DNA from: an archaeon
GTDB lineage: Archaea > Methanobacteriota_B > Thermococci > Methanofastidiosales > NM3
Direction of reading: 5' to 3'
Assembly (NCBI GenBank): GCA_004212155.1
Contig: RXIG01000002.1
Span: forward strand, 47,993 to 111,992
DNA length: 64,000 nt
The notes below the pieces were generated by a model. The model did no database searches. It was given only the letters and a program-made list of their open reading frames with translations, and was not told where the DNA came from. Position numbers and translations under genes: made by a program. Position 1 is the first letter of the stretch; every line of letters begins with the position of its first letter. Positions 60,211 to 64,000 of this stretch are shown here, piece by piece.

Positions 60211-61443
60211 ATGGATTATTTGTACACCGAGTATTATCTCGTAGTAGATCTTGCCACCGGTGAGGCCGAGGAAGTCGAACTCGAAGAGGAGTTCGTCCAG
60301 GAGAACGTTGGCGGGGCAAAGCTCAACATGGCATTGTATGAGGAACACAAGGACGGTGACCCAGTAGTGTTGGGTACTGGTCCTTTCACGAGCACTCTCG
60401 TCCCGGGCGGTTGCCTTGGCGTCATTACGGCCAAGAGCCCCGTGACCGGCAACGTTGCCCACGCTCCCATCACCTGGAACGCCGGTGCCGAACTGAAACT
60501 TTCAGGTTATTCATTCGTCGTTATCAAGAACAAGGCCGACAATCCTACCTACCTCTGGCTCCACGATGAGATCGCCGACTTCGTAGACGCATCCGCCCTC
60601 TGGGGCAAGGACGTCTGGGAGACGGTCGACGTCATCAGGGACGAACAGGGAGAGGACAGGATACAGTTGCTCTCGATCGGCAAGGCGGGGGAGAACAAGC
60701 TTTCGACCGCCCAGATCATGAACAACTACTGGGGAGACGGTGACCGATTCGGATTCGGTGCGCTCTTCGGTGAGAAGAACCTCAAGGCCGTTGCCGTACG
60801 AGGCATGGGCGAGCTTGACATCGACGACGCCGAAGCGTTCATCGAAAAGACTGAGGAACTCCTTGGCAAGGTCAAGTCAGCGCTCCCAGGAAAGAGCGGT
60901 CTTGACGCAATCGACTTTGCTGACATCCCTGACGACGCCAAGGCGGCGCTCAAGAGCCAGCTTCACAGGGTCGAGGCGGACTTCAACAATCCGTTTGCAT
61001 ACAAGTTCTTCCTCAAGTACCGTGAAGATCCCAGTGTCATGAAATCGACCGACGTCGAAGAACCTGGCGTGCTCATCTCAGACCCCATGGGACTTGCGGC
61101 GCTTCTCAAGGCAGGCGTGCCAGCAGATGCTGTTGGCGAAGTGTTCGAGAAGGCTTTCAAGCTAGGTCTCAACCCTGCCGCGGTTGCAAGCAAGCTTTCC
61201 GGCAAGGACAAGGACGCCGCGCTCGCCGAGCTCGATTCACTGGCCGAATCATCAGAGGCGGAGAAGTTCGAGGCAACGTTTAGCCCCTTCGCACCCTCAA
61301 GCGACAGGATGGAAGCAGCATATATCGCTGGCATCTGCCCTGTGCTCGCTTCAAAGGTCGAGGCGCTCAATGCCGAGATGTTCGCCGAACTGATGTCTAT
61401 CGGTACAGGAATGGACTTTGACGCAGATGCTTTCAAGATGTAG
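60211..61443 (+). CDS. Truncated aldehyde:ferredoxin oxidoreductase homologue lacking cofactor ligands
   Basis: AOR N-terminal domain (VDLATG, GTGP, KSPVTG, LWGKD..ET, IGKAGEN, KNLKAVAVRG); no CxxCxxxC; 410 aa. Confidence 0.8.
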   Translation: MDYLYTEYYLVVDLATGEAEEVELEEEFVQENVGGAKLNMALYEEHKDGDPVVLGTGPFTSTLVPGGCLGVITAKSPVTGNVAHAPITWNAGAELKLSGYSFVVIKNKADNPTYLWLHDEIADFVDASALWGKDVWETVDVIRDEQGEDRIQLLSIGKAGENKLSTAQIMNNYWGDGDRFGFGALFGEKNLKAVAVRGMGELDIDDAEAFIEKTEELLGKVKSALPGKSGLDAIDFADIPDDAKAALKSQLHRVEADFNNPFAYKFFLKYREDPSVMKSTDVEEPGVLISDPMGLAALLKAGVPADAVGEVFEKAFKLGLNPAAVASKLSGKDKDAALAELDSLAESSEAEKFEATFSPFAPSSDRMEAAYIAGICPVLASKVEALNAEMFAELMSIGTGMDFDADAFKM

Positions 61444-61450
61444 ATAAACT

Positions 61451-61485
61451 AAGAACCTTTTTAGGTTCTTTTTTTATTCTTTTTA
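61451..61485 (+). terminator. Hairpin plus T-tract terminator after the AOR-like operon
   Basis: AAGAACCT-TTTT-AGGTTCTT followed by TTTTT. Confidence 0.6.
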
Positions 61486-61503
61486 TAAAGGTGGAGAGGA
61501 CGG

Positions 61504-62721
61504 TTGGATAGCATCGCTCGGTCCCAGAAGATAGGTATCTATATCGGAAAGGGTGCATCGTATTCATGGATATGGTTCGTGAAGACGTTTGATGCGCTCG
61601 GATTCCATAATGTGTACTTTATCGATGAGAACGATGTATGTGAAGGCGTTCTCCGACATTTCGATTGTTTCATTCTTCCAGGCGGCGATCCGTTTCAGGT
61701 AGCAGAGGGACTTGAGACCGATGGCCTTGCAGCTATTCGTCGATTTGTCGAGGAAGGCGGCACCTATATCGGTGTATGCGCAGGTACGTATCTGTCCATC
61801 ATATTCCATGACGATCCCCTACCGTGGTTGAACTTTGAGAAGGTCCCGGTGAACAATTTCTCTTTAGACCCGCCGGAGGCCATACGGATGAGGTACAAAT
61901 ATCTTGTTTCGTACCAGGACGGATATGTGTACCATCCCGTGCGTGGCCCTCTAAGGGTCACGGATGGCACCACTTCCTTTTCTGCTCCACTCTACGGCGG
62001 ACCGCCAATGATCGCTCCACGCGAGTACATCATGCTGGAATATGAGGGATTTGAGGACAAGACGCTCTATCTAATAGAGGAGGATAAGGCTTTCGAGACA
62101 ATGGTAGGCTACGCTGCAGGCATTCATATACCCGTCGGTGCGGGACAACTCTATTTATTTGGTCCCCATTGTGAACACCCGCAGTATCCGCGGGCAAACA
62201 ACTATCTCAATGACGTGCTCGTACGCATCACTCCTCAAGCAGAAGGTCCAGGACGTACTGCTACAGACATCCTTCGCGGTGAGAAGAAGAAACGATTTCT
62301 CAAGTCCGTGAAGAGGGAATTATCTTCTGCCCGTATCATTGCAAGCGGCATGACCGATCTCCGTTGGAAGATCGGTGAGAAGATATGGGAAGACGAGAAG
62401 ATAACGTATTTTCTTACAGAAACATGGAAGACGATTAAGCAGCTGCAAAAGCACGACTGTCTTCCTGTTGAAGGCCCTTCTACGCTTATTTCTATGGCTC
62501 GAAGGATTCATGTGCTGCTCTCAGATATTCGGACGCTATCCAAGGAGGGACGTGACACGAACACTGAGGCGGCAGAGCTCATAGATCTTACGAAGCTTCT
62601 ATCAAAGGGTCTCTTCGATTGTTATTTCAACTATAAACGAAGGAGTTGGATGCCTGATGGAAAAGACTGTGGACGAGATTATTCGGGAGGGAAATGCCTA
62701 TGCATGCATACAGTGCGGTAG
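61504..62721 (+). CDS. BPL_N-domain (class I glutamine amidotransferase-like) protein
   Basis: IYIGKGA, LPGGD, IRRFVEEGGTYIGVCAGTY, YGGP, GPHCEH. Confidence 0.78.
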   Translation: MDSIARSQKIGIYIGKGASYSWIWFVKTFDALGFHNVYFIDENDVCEGVLRHFDCFILPGGDPFQVAEGLETDGLAAIRRFVEEGGTYIGVCAGTYLSIIFHDDPLPWLNFEKVPVNNFSLDPPEAIRMRYKYLVSYQDGYVYHPVRGPLRVTDGTTSFSAPLYGGPPMIAPREYIMLEYEGFEDKTLYLIEEDKAFETMVGYAAGIHIPVGAGQLYLFGPHCEHPQYPRANNYLNDVLVRITPQAEGPGRTATDILRGEKKKRFLKSVKRELSSARIIASGMTDLRWKIGEKIWEDEKITYFLTETWKTIKQLQKHDCLPVEGPSTLISMARRIHVLLSDIRTLSKEGRDTNTEAAELIDLTKLLSKGLFDCYFNYKRRSWMPDGKDCGRDYSGGKCLCMHTVR

Positions 62722-63139
62722 GTGCACCGGTTCGTGCCCTTCGGGAAGGGAATGCGGATTTCGTACCCGCATGATCATACACATGGCCAAACTTGGCCGT
62801 GACGTATTTAAGATGGACGAGTTGTGGGACTGCACCACGTGCTTCACGTGCCAGGAACGCTGCCCCAAGGAAGTTAAGATTACCGACATCATCATCGAGC
62901 TTCGCAACCTCGCGGTGAAGAACAGCTATTATCCAAGCATGGCCGACGTGCCAAAGATCATCATTCAGAATCTCTACAAGACGGGCAGCGGCCAGCCGCT
63001 CTCCCCCGAGGTGCAAAAGATGCGCTCGATCATCGGCCTCGAGAAGACGCCCTGCGACGTGGGAAGGGACGAGGACGACCTCAGGGCGTTCCAGAAGCTC
63101 CTTGACGGCCTCCCGCTCATGCGATGGGGTGATATCTGA
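62657..63139 (+). CDS. hdrC: Second HdrC-like subunit
   Basis: CIQCGRCTGSCP; LWDCTTCFTCQERCP. Confidence 0.9.
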   Translation: MEKTVDEIIREGNAYACIQCGRCTGSCPSGRECGFRTRMIIHMAKLGRDVFKMDELWDCTTCFTCQERCPKEVKITDIIIELRNLAVKNSYYPSMADVPKIIIQNLYKTGSGQPLSPEVQKMRSIIGLEKTPCDVGRDEDDLRAFQKLLDGLPLMRWGDI

Positions 63140-64000
63140 TGCCAGACTATGCGTTCTTCCCGGGCTGCATCGCAAAGAACGTCTACCCCGGCATCGAGAA
63201 GGCCACCCGCATCGTCAGCGACACCCTCGGGATCGGCCTCACCGACTACGGCTACTCGTGCTGCCCGCCCCCGGGCGTCGTCGCCTGCTACGACAAGGAC
63301 ACGTGGCTCGCACTCGGCGCGCGCAACCTCGCACTCTCCGAGGCGGACAACCGCGACATCATGACGATCTGCGCGGGCTGCTACGGCACGCTCCACAACG
63401 TCTGGCACGCCCTGAACGAGAACAGGGCAAAGCGCGACTTCGTCAACGACCACCTCGGCAGGATCGGCATGAGCTACCGCGGCACGTCGCGCCCCGTCCA
63501 CTTCGTCGACGTCCTTGACGGCATGCGCGACACCATAAAGGAGAAAAAGCAGATCGACCTCGGCCTGCGCGTCGCGGTCCACTACGGCTGCCACTACCTG
63601 AAACCAACAGACGTCACGGGCGAGAACTCCGAGGCGCCCACGGTCCTTGACGAGATCGTCTCCCTCGTTGGCTGCGAGAGCGTCCCGTTCAAGGACCGCC
63701 TCACGTGCTGCGGCGCGGGCGGCGGCGTCATGAGCGGCGAGCCCGACCTGTCGCTTCGCATCATGGAGCGCAAGCTCAAGAACATCAAGAAGGCAAACGT
63801 CGACTGCATCGTCAACATCTGCTCGTTTTGCCACATGAACTTCGACCAGAGCCAGAAGAAGCTGGAGTCATACGACATCCCCGTGCTCCACTTAAATCAG
63901 CTCCTCGGCCTGGCGTTCGGATCAAAGCACAAGCACCTCGGCCTCCACATGAACCTTGTCTCCACGAGGGACATCGTCAAGAAGGTCAAGGATGTGAAAA
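63139..64000 (+). CDS. hdrB: Second HdrB-like subunit (runs off window end; not in ORF track)
   Basis: MPDYAFFPGC, SCCP, CAGC, HYGCH, CCGAGGG, CSFC; frame open to base 64000. Confidence 0.92.
   Translation, partial: MPDYAFFPGCIAKNVYPGIEKATRIVSDTLGIGLTDYGYSCCPPPGVVACYDKDTWLALGARNLALSEADNRDIMTICAGCYGTLHNVWHALNENRAKRDFVNDHLGRIGMSYRGTSRPVHFVDVLDGMRDTIKEKKQIDLGLRVAVHYGCHYLKPTDVTGENSEAPTVLDEIVSLVGCESVPFKDRLTCCGAGGGVMSGEPDLSLRIMERKLKNIKKANVDCIVNICSFCHMNFDQSQKKLESYDIPVLHLNQLLGLAFGSKHKHLGLHMNLVSTRDIVKKVKDVK

Overview
Archaeal chromosomal segment, about 55-58% GC. It is a Euryarchaeote; the gene content (type II GAPDH, FAU-1, Taw2, HdrABC, gyrase) is compatible with a Thermococci-related anaerobe such as Methanofastidiosia/Theionarchaea, but that placement is inference only. 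Most of the window is housekeeping: the 3' end of aEF-2, nadC, deoC, gap, gyrB, nth, tgtA, the TFS-RPA-PCNA-GINS-L44e-S27e-aIF2a-Nop10-PAC2 cluster, nrdJ, pheST, tRNA-Val(TAC) and tRNA-Leu(CAG). There are two redox blocks: hdrCBA-mvhD-fdhB-fdhA-like, and a FAD oxidoreductase/CCG Fe-S protein/ferredoxin/AOR-like operon followed by BPL_N-hdrC-hdrB. No CRISPR array, integrase or intact transposase was seen. Most notable: (1) a CRISPR-independent tandem pair of Cas4-like genes, one catalytically intact and one with all nuclease motifs lost but all four Fe-S cysteines kept; (2) an AOR homologue lacking its cofactor ligands inside a flavoprotein/Fe-S operon; (3) an FdhA homologue lacking the Mo/W ligand in an Hdr operon; (4) an unannotated frameshifted TnpB remnant with a structured tail; (5) a candidate multi-hairpin sRNA with anti-Shine-Dalgarno-like linkers; (6) an inactive MPN/JAB-TPR protein; (7) a DUF373/beta-propeller fusion. 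All calls come from motif recognition by eye; no searches were run.
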